Program-made: the position numbers and the translations under genes
The notes under the pieces: model-generated
Told to the model about the DNA's origin: nothing
The model's database searches: none
The model's input: the letters and a program-made list of their open reading frames with translations, nothing else
Part shown: positions 33,831-44,595 of the stretch, in pieces
How the letters are laid out: every line of letters starts with the position of its first letter
Numbering within the stretch: position 1 is the first letter of the stretch
NCBI GenBank assembly: GCA_937889945.1
Contig: CALBZC010000013.1
Coordinates: 46,432 to 110,431, forward strand
Length of the DNA: 64,000 nucleotides
Source: an uncultured Bacteroidales bacterium
GTDB taxonomy: Bacteria > Bacteroidota > Bacteroidia > Bacteroidales > UBA4417
Direction of reading: 5' to 3'

Positions 33831-36038
33831 ATGTATGTAATCGACACGGAAAAAGAAAAAAAAGAAATTATAAGACGCTACCGCGCCATGCTTCGCGCGT
33901 GGGATGCCAGCAAGGGTGTAAAAAATAGTTCGTCGGTAAAAAAAGCTTTTAAGATGGCGCAGGAAGCCCATAGTTCTATGAGGCGTAAAACAGGCGAGCC
34001 ATACATATACCACCCTTTAGAAGTTGCAAAAATTGTAGCAGGCGAAATAGGCTTAGGCGAAACGGCTATTATTTGCGCCTTATTGCATGATGTGGTTGAA
34101 GATAACCCTGATTATACAATTGATCTGATTAAGGATGAATTTGGCGAAAAAGTTGCATATATTGTTGACGGACTCACCAAAATAAAAGATAATTACAGCT
34201 CTGTTAATTCATCGGCACAAGCGGAAAATATCAAAAAAATGCTACTCACCTTAAGTGATGATGTACGCGTAATTTTAATAAAGCTTGCCGATAGGCTCCA
34301 TAACATGCGCACGTTAGATTCCATGCCTGCCGACAAGCGCCACAAAATAGCTGCCGAAACACTTTATTTATATGCACCGCTTGCTCACCGATTAGGATTA
34401 TATACAATAAAAAGTGAACTGGAAGACCTGGCATTAAAATATAATGAACCCGAAATTTATCAAACCATAGCACAAAAGCTTAAAGACACAGAAAGTGGGC
34501 GTACAAGGTTTATTAATAAATTTATATATCCTTTAAAAAAAGACCTCACAGAACAAGGCTTTCAATCTGAAATATATTCCCGCAACAAGTCCATATATTC
34601 TATTTATAATAAAATGAAAACAAAGGTTGTACCTTTTGAAGAGGTATATGATTTGTTTGCCGTGCGCATTATCATAGAATCACCTTTGGAAATGGAAAAA
34701 ATAAATTGCTGGAAAGTTTATACCTTGGTTACCAATCATTACAGACCCAAGCAAAGCCGTTTACGCGATTGGATATCTACGCCTAAAGCGAATGGTTATG
34801 AATCCTTACATGTTACGGTAATGAGCTACACCGGGGAATGGGTTGAAGTGCAAATCCGTACGCGTCGCATGCACGAGATAGCCGAACGGGGCTATGCGGC
34901 ACATTGGAAATATAAGCAAAACAGCGCAAGTCCTGGCGCCAAAACGCAAGATTTCGGACTTGATGAATGGTTGGCAAAGGTGAGAGAAATATTAAATTCT
35001 CCTGACTCGGATGCGCTGAACTTCTTGGATAACATAAAAATGACCTTATTCAGCGACGAAGTGTTTGTGTGGACACCCAAGGGGCATTTAAAAACCTTAC
35101 CCATAGGCAGTACAGTGCTTGATTTCGCTTATTTAATACATACCGATATCGGCAACCGTTGCATAGGGGTAAAAGTAAACCGCAATTTAGTTCCTCTTAA
35201 TTATATACTTCGCAGTGGCGATCAAGTAGAAGTAATCACATCCCGAAAAAGTATTCCTAAAGAAGAATGGCTTGAATACGTAAACACCCCTCATGCCATA
35301 ATGAGTATAAAAGAAGCGCTGAAAAAGGAAAGAAAAACACATGCACAGGAAGGCAAGGAAAAACTCGAAAAACTATTTGCCCAAAACAATATTGTTTATG
35401 ACAATGATACGGTGCAACATTTAAGCGATTTCTTAGGCTTTTCCCATATAATTGATTTGCTTTACAAAATCAGTCAGGATGAAGTATCGGAAACCCAATT
35501 GATAAAATTTAAGGAAGCCGAAAAAAACAACAGAAAAAAAAGTAATTTATTACCCACAGACAAAGCGCTCCCCCTTGTAAAAACATCGCGTGTAGAAAAC
35601 CTCGAAAACCTTGACTATGCAATAGCTAATTGCTGTAATCCCATAAATGGAGATGAAATTATAGCCGTTCCCTCAAAAGAATACACATATATGGTGCATC
35701 GTTCCGATTGTCCTGTGGCTATTGAAAATCTTTCCCGTTTCGCCCACAAAGCTATTCATGCACAGTGGCCCAAAAATAAAATGCTTAAATATTTGGGTGG
35801 CATAAAAATCAACGGATTTGACCGCAAAGAAATGATTAGCGATATAATTAAAGTAGTAAGCGATAAAATGCACCTCAATACGCGATCTTTCCATATTGAA
35901 ACAAACGTAGAACTATATGAAGCCAACCTTATTTTATATGTTCACAATACCGAAGAACTAAATAAAGTAATTGAAAATATTAGGCAAATAGAAGGCGTAA
36001 CAAGCGCTACAAGGTTAACAAATTTTTCTGTTTCATAA
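33831..36038 (+). CDS. relA: Bifunctional (p)ppGpp synthetase/hydrolase (RelA/SpoT homologue)
   Basis: HD hydrolase motifs (YIYHPLEVA, LHDVVED). Synthetase region (YESLHVTV). TGS (VFVWTPKGHL) and a C-terminal ACT-like domain. Confidence 0.9.
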   Translation: MYVIDTEKEKKEIIRRYRAMLRAWDASKGVKNSSSVKKAFKMAQEAHSSMRRKTGEPYIYHPLEVAKIVAGEIGLGETAIICALLHDVVEDNPDYTIDLIKDEFGEKVAYIVDGLTKIKDNYSSVNSSAQAENIKKMLLTLSDDVRVILIKLADRLHNMRTLDSMPADKRHKIAAETLYLYAPLAHRLGLYTIKSELEDLALKYNEPEIYQTIAQKLKDTESGRTRFINKFIYPLKKDLTEQGFQSEIYSRNKSIYSIYNKMKTKVVPFEEVYDLFAVRIIIESPLEMEKINCWKVYTLVTNHYRPKQSRLRDWISTPKANGYESLHVTVMSYTGEWVEVQIRTRRMHEIAERGYAAHWKYKQNSASPGAKTQDFGLDEWLAKVREILNSPDSDALNFLDNIKMTLFSDEVFVWTPKGHLKTLPIGSTVLDFAYLIHTDIGNRCIGVKVNRNLVPLNYILRSGDQVEVITSRKSIPKEEWLEYVNTPHAIMSIKEALKKERKTHAQEGKEKLEKLFAQNNIVYDNDTVQHLSDFLGFSHIIDLLYKISQDEVSETQLIKFKEAEKNNRKKSNLLPTDKALPLVKTSRVENLENLDYAIANCCNPINGDEIIAVPSKEYTYMVHRSDCPVAIENLSRFAHKAIHAQWPKNKMLKYLGGIKINGFDRKEMISDIIKVVSDKMHLNTRSFHIETNVELYEANLILYVHNTEELNKVIENIRQIEGVTSATRLTNFSVS

Positions 36039-36099
36039 GGAATATACAAAAAATATCGAAATTTATTTTTATTTATTCTAAATATTAATAATATTTTTT

Positions 36100-36107
36100 T
36101 ATTTTTG
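36100..36107 (+). promoter_or_regulatory. Candidate -7 box TATTTTTG (TAnnTTTG) for the fur-family gene
   Basis: Exact consensus match 18 nt upstream of the ATG at 36125. Confidence 0.4.
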
Positions 36108-36124
36108 TAAAAAAAATTAACGGC

Positions 36125-36574
36125 ATGACACCTGAAGAATCTAAATCCAATTTTGAAACGGTAAAAAAAATATTTACCGAATATCTTGAGAGTTTAGGAC
36201 ATAGGAAAACGCCCGAACGTTTTACTATTTTAAAAGAAATATATTCCACAGATACACATTTTGATATAGAATCACTCTATATACAAATGAAAAACAACAA
36301 ATACAGGGTAAGCCGCGCTACATTGTATAACACCATTGATTTGCTTTTAGCTTGCAACTTGGTAGTTAAGCATCAGTTTGGAAACAATTGCGCACAATTC
36401 GAAAAGTCGTATAAGTTTCAGCAACATGACCATTTTATTGATACCAGAACAGGAAAAGTACTTGAGTTTTGCGATCCCCGCATTCAGGAAATAAAAAATT
36501 CAGTGGAAAAAAGCTTAGGCGTAAAAATATCCTCCCACTCCTTAACATTCTACGGCACAAAAGAAGAAGAATAA
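36125..36574 (+). CDS. Fur-family transcriptional regulator
   Basis: Winged-helix pattern RKTPERFTILKEI...RVSRATLYNTIDLL and metal-site-like QQHDHF. The size (149 aa) is typical. Metal specificity cannot be read from the sequence. Confidence 0.75.
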   Translation: MTPEESKSNFETVKKIFTEYLESLGHRKTPERFTILKEIYSTDTHFDIESLYIQMKNNKYRVSRATLYNTIDLLLACNLVVKHQFGNNCAQFEKSYKFQQHDHFIDTRTGKVLEFCDPRIQEIKNSVEKSLGVKISSHSLTFYGTKEEE

Positions 36575-36826
36575 CATTTCTTTTTTCATTTTTTAACACG
36601 TTTGTTGCTGAATAATCTTATCTTTGCTTATTATTAAAATAAGCTATTTAAAAGCGTTAAAAGTATTTAAAATAAATGTGCCATAAACAACACAACTAAC
36701 TGTTTATGTGCATTTTGTTTGTGTGTATTTTCAAATAAAAAACCACTAAAAAACACGTATACTTTCCCTGCTTTTAAAAAATAATATAATAAAATTAATT
36801 AAGAAACATATAAAAATACGAGGAAA

Positions 36827-38119
36827 ATGACAGTAGATGTTTTATTAGGACTACAATGGGGCGATGAAGGCAAAGGCAAAATAGTAGATGTTTTAACCCC
36901 AAAATATGATATTATTGCACGTTTTCAGGGAGGACCTAACGCGGGACACACGTTGAAAATTAACGGGCAAACCCATGTACTGCATATTATTCCTTCAGGT
37001 ATTTTTCATGCCGATAAAATAAATATTATCGGAAACGGTGTAATTATAGATCCCAAAATATTACTTGCCGAAATAAAAGGACTAAGGGAAAAAGGAGTAG
37101 AACCTAAAAGAAACCTCAAAATATCAAAACGTGCACATCTTATATTACCTACACACAGGGTGTTGGATGCCGCATACGAAAGCGATATGGGCGCGGGCAA
37201 AATAGGCTCAACCCTCAAAGGCATAGGACCTTGCTATACAGACAAAATTGCCCGCTATGGCTTGCGCATAGGCGATATACTTGCCGATGACTTTAAAGCC
37301 CGCTACGAAAAATTAAAACAAAGACATTTACGCATTTTATCGCTTTATCCTGCATTTAACTTCGCGGAGCATCAAATTGACAAAATGAATTTTGAGGCAT
37401 ACGAGCAACTTTGGTTTGATGCAATAGAAGAACTAAAAGGTTTTGATTTAATTGATAGTGAATTATATATAAATAACGCATTGGCTACCGGAAAAACCGT
37501 GCTTGCCGAAGGCGCGCAAGGATCTTTGCTCGACATTGATTTTGGCTCCTATCCTTTTGTAACGTCTTCAAATACAGTTACTGCTGGAGTTTGCTCCGGC
37601 TTAGGAATTGCACCATCGAAAATAGGAAAAGTTTTTGGCGTTTTTAAAGCATACTGTACAAGGGTAGGCAGCGGACCTTTCCCTACAGAGCTGCATGATG
37701 ATATGGGAGATACGCTTCGCAAAAACGGAAATGAGTTTGGCTCTACTACAGGACGCCCACGCCGCTGTGGATGGTTAGATTTACCGGCATTGCGTTATGC
37801 TATTATGCTCAACGGCGTTACAGACCTTGTAATGATGAAAGCCGACGTGATGAATGAGTTGGAAAACATAGAAGTATGCACAGGATATGATATTAAAGGC
37901 AAAACGATTGAAGATATTACGTACGAAGTAATGTATGAAAACGTGAAACCTGTTTATACACAACATGCCGGTTGGAACACATCGCTTGACAATGCTACTT
38001 CCTATGCCCAGTTACCGGTTCAAATGCACAACTATATTGATTTTATAGAAGAAACCATTAAACTACCTATAGCCATTATCTCCATTGGCCCGGGAAGGGA
38101 GCAAACCATAGAAATGTAA
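36827..38119 (+). CDS. purA: Adenylosuccinate synthetase
   Basis: QWGDEGKGKIVD, GGPNAGHT, GSTTGRPRRCGWLD. Confidence 0.95.
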   Translation: MTVDVLLGLQWGDEGKGKIVDVLTPKYDIIARFQGGPNAGHTLKINGQTHVLHIIPSGIFHADKINIIGNGVIIDPKILLAEIKGLREKGVEPKRNLKISKRAHLILPTHRVLDAAYESDMGAGKIGSTLKGIGPCYTDKIARYGLRIGDILADDFKARYEKLKQRHLRILSLYPAFNFAEHQIDKMNFEAYEQLWFDAIEELKGFDLIDSELYINNALATGKTVLAEGAQGSLLDIDFGSYPFVTSSNTVTAGVCSGLGIAPSKIGKVFGVFKAYCTRVGSGPFPTELHDDMGDTLRKNGNEFGSTTGRPRRCGWLDLPALRYAIMLNGVTDLVMMKADVMNELENIEVCTGYDIKGKTIEDITYEVMYENVKPVYTQHAGWNTSLDNATSYAQLPVQMHNYIDFIEETIKLPIAIISIGPGREQTIEM

Positions 38120-38131
38120 TATATTTGCATA

Positions 38132-39031
38132 GTGAAAAAGGGGTTATGTTGCATTTTAGTAGTGATATATACAACTCCACTATGGGGACAGCAACATAGT
38201 GGCGATACAACAAAGCCCAAACCCATCAGAAGCATTTGCATAACTACCCATAATGATAGCTCAGGGGCGTTGAAATCGTTATTAGGCAATGGCAATGATT
38301 TTGGGAACACTTACGGATTATGCTTAACGCTGAATGGAGATTTTAATTCCTCTTTGCACTATAAAGCCGATATAAAAACAACAGAATATTCAACGCCTTC
38401 TCCTTTGTTTTCGTTCACCGAAAAGCATATTTTTTTCACAGAGGAGAACCTCTTTAGCTTTTATCTTACAAAAAGATTTAAAGGCAATCACTTCGCATTC
38501 GTTGGCGGGGTAAAATTATACTCTTTTAACAGCAAACACACCTCTGCGTTGGGCGCAACCGCGCAAAAACATGCTTTTCATAATTTTATGTTCCGTCATA
38601 AAATAAGCAACAACAACTACATATATAACGGACAGGACATTCCTATATGCTATGCCTTAGCTATATCCGCAGGAACAAACTACGGCAAAATTTTTAATAA
38701 GCAAGGAAAAGTAAATTATTTGCTTAATGGCTCCATAAATACAGAATTTGCCACTAAAGAAGATATGCAAAATATAAACATGAGTGTTAGTGGCAACGTT
38801 TTATTTTTGCCTGATTCTTTTGTAAATTTTAACATATATGCATCCACAGCGTGCATGCAGGGCTTTGATTATACTGATTATTCGTTTGAGTGGGGCTTGG
38901 GATGCAAAATAGCAAAAACATCATTAAATTTGGGAATGGAACATTTAAATACGCCCCGTTATGCAAATAATGAAAGATTATATCAGGATAATGACAAGCT
39001 GTTCAAAATTTCTATTTGTCAGTTTTTTTAG
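38132..39031 (+). CDS. Hypothetical exported protein, possible outer-membrane beta-barrel (LpxR/DUF2219-like is only a guess)
   Basis: GTG start. Signal-like MKKGLCCILVVIYTTPLWGQ. HND...GNDFGNTYG region. C-terminus ends ...ICQFF. Confidence 0.45.
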   Translation: MKKGLCCILVVIYTTPLWGQQHSGDTTKPKPIRSICITTHNDSSGALKSLLGNGNDFGNTYGLCLTLNGDFNSSLHYKADIKTTEYSTPSPLFSFTEKHIFFTEENLFSFYLTKRFKGNHFAFVGGVKLYSFNSKHTSALGATAQKHAFHNFMFRHKISNNNYIYNGQDIPICYALAISAGTNYGKIFNKQGKVNYLLNGSINTEFATKEDMQNINMSVSGNVLFLPDSFVNFNIYASTACMQGFDYTDYSFEWGLGCKIAKTSLNLGMEHLNTPRYANNERLYQDNDKLFKISICQFF

Positions 39032-39113
39032 TATCTTTAGCGAAATTTAGAACTATTTTATCATCAAACTGTTCTATTTTATTGAATATTGAAGCTTTTA
39101 ATACTATAATTTT

Positions 39114-39428
39114 ATGAATTCCAAACTCAATAAATTATTACAATTAGGCATAGCCACCAGCTTAAGCGACAGAGATACGGCTATTGACAAAATCAGTTCA
39201 TTATTACAAAATAAAATGGGAACAGATCCGGAAAAGAGCATGCGCATAGGAGAGCAGATATTTTCCGGTATTGAAAATTTAAGAGACCAACTTACGTTGG
39301 ATCAGGTGCTATCTTCTTTTTCTAAAAACGAAGATAATTTGGAAACTAAAATAGGCGACCTTACAGAAGCTGTAAATAAATTAAATACCAACTTGGAGAA
39401 CCTTATTAAAGTACAATCCAAGAAATAA
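39114..39428 (+). CDS. Small hypothetical coiled-coil-like protein (104 aa)
   Basis: Heptad-like Leu/Ile spacing. Same strand as the ubiB-like gene and 45 nt upstream of it. No family recognised. Confidence 0.45.
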   Translation: MNSKLNKLLQLGIATSLSDRDTAIDKISSLLQNKMGTDPEKSMRIGEQIFSGIENLRDQLTLDQVLSSFSKNEDNLETKIGDLTEAVNKLNTNLENLIKVQSKK

Positions 39429-39473
39429 ATTTTTATATTTACATTTGCATTGTAAAAAATTAAATTACCATTC

Positions 39474-41141
39474 ATGAAATTATTTCGGATATATAATGGC
39501 ATTTTGCAGTTTTTCAGAGCTTTACAAATTTTGAAAATAATTTCGGGATATGCTATTAAAGAATGGTATTACAGAACCCGCTTAGGCAGGCGCAGACTAA
39601 GAAGAAAGAAAAACATACTGGGGGGGCGCACTACAGCCGAAAGGCTTAGGGAAGCAATAGAAGAACTCGGTCCCACTTATATTAAATTCGGACAGATACT
39701 TGCTGACCGTCCGGATTTGATTTCCGATAAATTCAGAGAAGAACTCAAAAAATTACAGACCAACGCTTTCCCACTTAATGATGAAGAAGCAATAGCGTTG
39801 ATAGAAGATGAATTGGGCGATAATATCGAAAATATTTTTGCTGAATTTGACCACCGTTGTATTGCATCGGCATCTATAGGGCAAGTTTATCAAGGACGAC
39901 TGAAAAACGGAGAAGATGTAGTCATTAAAATTCAACGCCCCCGTATTATCTCCAAAATAAAACTCGACATTTACCTTATGCACTTTATTGCAGTGCGCAT
40001 GGTTCGTAACTATCCTGATTTGGTAGCCATAAATGTGGTAGGTTTTGTTGACGAATTTGAAGATAAGATTACCAAAGAACTTGACTATAGCATAGAAGCC
40101 GCAAATATAAAGCGTTTTGAATATATGTTTCAAAACGACTCCAATATTCATATTCCAAGAGTATATACCCAATATACTACAAAAAGACTTCTGATTATGG
40201 AGAAAATTGTGGGTATAGCTCCTGATAACATCCAAAAACTTAAAGACGAAGGTTACAACTTAACCACTATAGCCACAAACGGGGCACATGCGTTATTGAA
40301 AATGATTTTGGAGGAAGGCTTTTTTCATGCCGACCCGCATCCGGGCAACGTGTTTATTCTACCCGGCAACATAGTTTCCTTCATTGATTTTGGCATGGTG
40401 GGGGTGCTACGCCCGCGCGAAATGAACTTTCTATCACAGTTTGCCTTAGGTTTTGTGCGCCGAGATACCAAATCCATAGCAGCAGCACTCCTATCACTAT
40501 GTGATGTAAAGTTTTTCGATAAAAAAGAGGATTTAGAATTCCGTTTAGACCAAATACTCAAGCAATATGGGCACTTGAAAATTGAAGATGTAGATTTCTC
40601 CAATGTAATGCAAGATTGTATCAACGTGGTGGTTATGTTCAAGCTGCAGATACCTTCCGGAATTTTTATGTTGGCAAAAGCGTTGGCAACTTTGCAAAAG
40701 TTTGCCGGCAACCTCGACTCTACAATTTCGCTAACGCCTATCATTATTCCTTATGCAAAAAGACTGATTATGCACCGTTTCAGCCCCATGAAACTTGCAA
40801 CAAATATCTATGATGTTTTAACGGATTTTACAGCACTCGTATCTTCGTTTCCGTCAACCGTTAACGAAATTTTGTATAAAGCCAAAAAGGGCGTTATTAA
40901 AATGGATGTAGATATAAATGCAAACAATCCGGTATTAAAAGTTTTCAGGAATATAGCCTATCGCTTTGTTGGCTCATTCCTAATTATAGGGCTGTTTGTG
41001 GGGTCTATTCTTTTACTTGTAAAAGACCAACATGTAATATTCGGCAAAGTTGGATTTATAATATCTACTTTCCTTTTAGTGATAATGCTTTTCAGGGTAT
41101 TATTTTTCAAAAAACGTTACTATCCTGACGAATACGATTAA
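39474..41141 (+). CDS. ABC1/UbiB-family atypical protein kinase with C-terminal TM segments
   Basis: ELGPTYIKFGQILADRPDL, ASIGQVYQG, FHADPHPGNVF. Confidence 0.85.
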   Translation: MKLFRIYNGILQFFRALQILKIISGYAIKEWYYRTRLGRRRLRRKKNILGGRTTAERLREAIEELGPTYIKFGQILADRPDLISDKFREELKKLQTNAFPLNDEEAIALIEDELGDNIENIFAEFDHRCIASASIGQVYQGRLKNGEDVVIKIQRPRIISKIKLDIYLMHFIAVRMVRNYPDLVAINVVGFVDEFEDKITKELDYSIEAANIKRFEYMFQNDSNIHIPRVYTQYTTKRLLIMEKIVGIAPDNIQKLKDEGYNLTTIATNGAHALLKMILEEGFFHADPHPGNVFILPGNIVSFIDFGMVGVLRPREMNFLSQFALGFVRRDTKSIAAALLSLCDVKFFDKKEDLEFRLDQILKQYGHLKIEDVDFSNVMQDCINVVVMFKLQIPSGIFMLAKALATLQKFAGNLDSTISLTPIIIPYAKRLIMHRFSPMKLATNIYDVLTDFTALVSSFPSTVNEILYKAKKGVIKMDVDINANNPVLKVFRNIAYRFVGSFLIIGLFVGSILLLVKDQHVIFGKVGFIISTFLLVIMLFRVLFFKKRYYPDEYD

Positions 41142-42598
41142 ACGTTCAATAACGATTTTACCACATCCAAAGTTTCTTTATTTTCAGATAATATAAACAA
41201 CGTATCATTAGCCATAAGCACAGAAGAACCATTAGGTGTTATATATTTATCGTTTCTTTTTATCATGGTTATCAATGATTTGTTGGGAAAATCCATATCT
41301 ACCAGTTTTTTCTTGTTTTTATAGTCAGCGGGTAGAATAATCTCTGTTAATTCATGTTTCGAATTTTCCGTAACTTCAAGATAAGTGTAAATTTTTGCTT
41401 TACTCTTTGGAGGCGCGGTAACGCGTAGCAGTTTTGCAACATACTTAAGTGTTGTTCCTTGCAATAAAACAGAAGATATGGAAATAAAAAACACAATATT
41501 AAAAATCATGTGTGATTTGTGAACTCCCGCAAGTAAAGGATACGTAGCAAAAACAATGGGTACGGCGCCCCGCAATCCCACCCACGAAAGGAATGCCTTG
41601 CTATTGTTTCTTATGCCTTTAAATGGCAACAGGCTTATATATACACTCAAAGGGCGTATAATAAAAATAAGCGCCAACGAAAGAATAATACCTATATCCA
41701 TTACCCTTACTACATGCGAAGGATAGACGAGCAAACCCAGCGTGAGGAATAGTATAATCTGCATAATCCATGCAACACCGTCAAAAGACTTGAGAATGGT
41801 TTTTTTATGTATAATAGCCTGATTTCCCACATATACTGCACATATATAAACCGCTAAAAACCCATTACCGTGAAAAGTATCTGTTAATGTAAATGTAATA
41901 AACATCAACACAATCATGAGTAAAGGATATAAACCCTCAAATTCCAAATTAATACGGTTTATCAGTTTTTTAGAAAATCTCCCCATAAGATACCCCATTG
42001 CTCCGCCAATTAGTACTTCCTGAAAAAACAACGGAATAATAGTCCAAAAACTTTTTTCGGGGTGCATAACCAAGCCCAAAAAAGCAATGGTAAGAAAATA
42101 AGCCATGGGGTCATTGCTCCCGCTTTCCAGCTCTAAGGTTGGTCGTAATTTATATTTAAGCCCTAATTTAGATGCACGTAAAATAGAGAAAACCGCAGCC
42201 GCATCCGTAGATGACACGATGGCGCCCAGCAACAAGCCTTCGTATAATGTAAAATCGGTTAAATAGTGTACTAAAATACCCAGAGATGCTGCCGTTATAA
42301 CAACACCCACTGTGGATAGAGATATGCCCTGCCACAAAATAGGTTTCGAATAATTCCAATCGGTATCCAAACCACCTGAAAATAAAATAAAATTAAGTGC
42401 AACAACACCTATAAACTTAGCTATGCGGGCATCATTAAAATAAATACCCCCAATGCCTTCTGAGCCTGCAAGCATACCCACACATAAGAAAAAAATCAAG
42501 GTAGGTATTCCAAACCGCCCCGATGCTTTCACTGCCAAAATGGAAACAAATAAAAGAATTGATCCTACAAGTAATACATTTTCTGTTGTTAAAATCAT
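41138..42598 (-). CDS. K+/H+ (CPA1, NhaP2/CvrA-type) antiporter with a C-terminal TrkA_C-like domain
   Basis: About 12 hydrophobic helices. ELESGSNDP motif. C-terminal soluble domain ...VLMANDTLFILSE. Confidence 0.8.
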   Translation of the reverse strand: MILTTENVLLVGSILLFVSILAVKASGRFGIPTLIFFLCVGMLAGSEGIGGIYFNDARIAKFIGVVALNFILFSGGLDTDWNYSKPILWQGISLSTVGVVITAASLGILVHYLTDFTLYEGLLLGAIVSSTDAAAVFSILRASKLGLKYKLRPTLELESGSNDPMAYFLTIAFLGLVMHPEKSFWTIIPLFFQEVLIGGAMGYLMGRFSKKLINRINLEFEGLYPLLMIVLMFITFTLTDTFHGNGFLAVYICAVYVGNQAIIHKKTILKSFDGVAWIMQIILFLTLGLLVYPSHVVRVMDIGIILSLALIFIIRPLSVYISLLPFKGIRNNSKAFLSWVGLRGAVPIVFATYPLLAGVHKSHMIFNIVFFISISSVLLQGTTLKYVAKLLRVTAPPKSKAKIYTYLEVTENSKHELTEIILPADYKNKKKLVDMDFPNKSLITMIKRNDKYITPNGSSVLMANDTLFILSENKETLDVVKSLLNV

Positions 42599-42698
42599 AT
42601 ATATAAAAAAGCAATTTAATCACTTTTCGTAAAAATATATTTTTTTTATACGCTGTCAACATAAATTTAAAATTATTATCTTTATAAAAAGATTAAAA

Positions 42699-44042
42699 AT
42701 GAAGAAATATATAATATTATTGTTTTTTCTATCTTTCGTTCTCCTATCTTTCGGGCAACAAGGATTTAGGCTCAATATAGAAAAGCCGTTACACATTCCT
42801 TTTAAATTTATCAATAATCTGATTTTTATACCCATGCAGGTAAATGGAGTAGAGCTTACTTTTATGCTTGATTCCGGCATTGATGAAACAATATTATTCA
42901 GTTTGGAAAACAAAGAAGTTCAATTTAATAATGTAAAGAAAGTTAAATTGAAAGGCTTAGGAAGCGCCAATGAAATAGACGGAATGATATCGCAGGGAAA
43001 TAAAGTGAATATAGGCAAACACCTTATCGACACTTTGCATAAAATAATTATTATTCTTAATGAAGATTTCAACTTTTCATCACATATAGGAATTCCTATC
43101 AATGGTATTATTGGCTATCAATTTTTTAAAAATTATCCGGTACGCATAAACTTTGAAAACCGGAAAATTTATATATATCCTAATGAAAGTAAAAAATATA
43201 AAAGGTTAATAAAAAAGAGGGAGCCTTATAACATCAGCATAGAAAAAAACAGACCCTACATGCAGGCTGTTATCAACATGAACACGCAAAAAGTAGATTC
43301 AAAACTATTGATAGACTTAGGAAATAGTGATGGGATATGGTTGTTTTCAAAAGAGTTAAAAGACTTTATATATCCCTTGCCTAATTTTGACGACTATTTG
43401 GGTCGTGGTTTTAACGGCGATATTTACGGAAAGCGAAGCAAAGTAGAAGGCATTTATATAGACAAATACTATTTAAAAAGACCTTTTGTAGCCATCCCTA
43501 ATGATGCTTCCATTACATCTTTGGAATTAGTGGAAAACCGCAAAGGTTCTATTGGCACCGAAATTTTTAAACGTTTTAATATAATATTAGATTATCCCAA
43601 TCATAAAATATATTTCGATAAAAACACACTTTTTGAAGAGGAGTTTAAATATAATATGGCGGGAATAGACTTAAAATATGATGGTACGGAATGGGCAGAA
43701 GAGTCGTTCCTTGTGGTAGATTTTCAAACCACCAAAGCTACCAATCCCCAAAAAGACGACAATAAAATAAACGAAATACCCGTTAACAAAATGCGGTATA
43801 AATTTGTGCTGAAGCCTATTTACTCTGTTGCCGGAGTGCGCAACAACTCTCCCGCATCGGAAGCCGATATCCGAAAAGGAGATGTGTTGCAAAAAGTAAA
43901 CGGACATCCTGCAAGTAAATACAAATTGGAAGATTTAAACAACTTGTTTGTTTCAAAAGAAAACAAAGAGGTATCTTTTGAGCTAAAGCGCGGAACTGAA
44001 ATAATTAAAAAAACGATAATTTTAAAAGACCCTTTAAAATAA
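42699..44042 (+). CDS. Secreted tandem retropepsin-like aspartyl protease with a C-terminal PDZ domain
   Basis: Signal peptide. First lobe FMLDSGIDETILF...NGIIGYQFF. Second lobe LLIDLGNSDGIWLF...GSIGTEIF. PDZ-like SPASEADIRKGDVLQKVNG. Confidence 0.7.
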   Translation: MKKYIILLFFLSFVLLSFGQQGFRLNIEKPLHIPFKFINNLIFIPMQVNGVELTFMLDSGIDETILFSLENKEVQFNNVKKVKLKGLGSANEIDGMISQGNKVNIGKHLIDTLHKIIIILNEDFNFSSHIGIPINGIIGYQFFKNYPVRINFENRKIYIYPNESKKYKRLIKKREPYNISIEKNRPYMQAVINMNTQKVDSKLLIDLGNSDGIWLFSKELKDFIYPLPNFDDYLGRGFNGDIYGKRSKVEGIYIDKYYLKRPFVAIPNDASITSLELVENRKGSIGTEIFKRFNIILDYPNHKIYFDKNTLFEEEFKYNMAGIDLKYDGTEWAEESFLVVDFQTTKATNPQKDDNKINEIPVNKMRYKFVLKPIYSVAGVRNNSPASEADIRKGDVLQKVNGHPASKYKLEDLNNLFVSKENKEVSFELKRGTEIIKKTIILKDPLK

Positions 44043-44123
44043 AGCAGCTTTTAATTGCATCGGCAAAATGGGTTTTCACACGTTTTATTTTATTAATTCC
44101 TTATTTAATTATTGATATATTTT

Positions 44124-44585
44124 TTATAAATTTTTCATCAGGTTTACCATTTCTATAGCAGAAACAGCGGCATCAAAGCCTTTGTTGCCCGATTTTGTCC
44201 CTGCCCTTTCAATGGCTTGTTCTATGGAGTCGGTTGTCAACACCCCAAAAATGATGGGTTTACCCGTATCCAAACTTATATGGGCAATTCCTTTTGAAAC
44301 TTCATTGGCAACATAGTCGAAATGGGGAGTGCTGCCACGTATTACAGCGCCTAAACAAATGACGGTATCATACTTTTCGGACAGAACCATCTTTTTAGCC
44401 GCAAGGGAAATTTCATAAGCGCCAGGCACCCAGGCAACAGATATGTCAGTTTCTGCCACACCATGTCGGCGTAGGCTATCCAGAGCGCCTGACAATAATT
44501 TGCTACCAATAAATTCATTAAAACGGCTTATTACTATTCCTACTCTAACACCGTTTCCATTAAGATTTCCTTCTATTATATTCAT
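44124..44585 (-). CDS. ribH: 6,7-dimethyl-8-ribityllumazine synthase
   Basis: [34 protein letters not shown]. Confidence 0.95.
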   Translation of the reverse strand: MNIIEGNLNGNGVRVGIVISRFNEFIGSKLLSGALDSLRRHGVAETDISVAWVPGAYEISLAAKKMVLSEKYDTVICLGAVIRGSTPHFDYVANEVSKGIAHISLDTGKPIIFGVLTTDSIEQAIERAGTKSGNKGFDAAVSAIEMVNLMKNL

Positions 44586-44595
44586 GTTTAATAAG

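Noticed and set aside
36619-36826. TATCTTTG box 200 nt upstream of purA, suggesting a long structured leader or riboswitch.
   Set aside because: The intervening sequence is A/T-rich with only one modest hairpin (cataaaca...tgtttatg), which may be the fur-family gene terminator. It has no resemblance to purine or other riboswitch cores that I can recognise.
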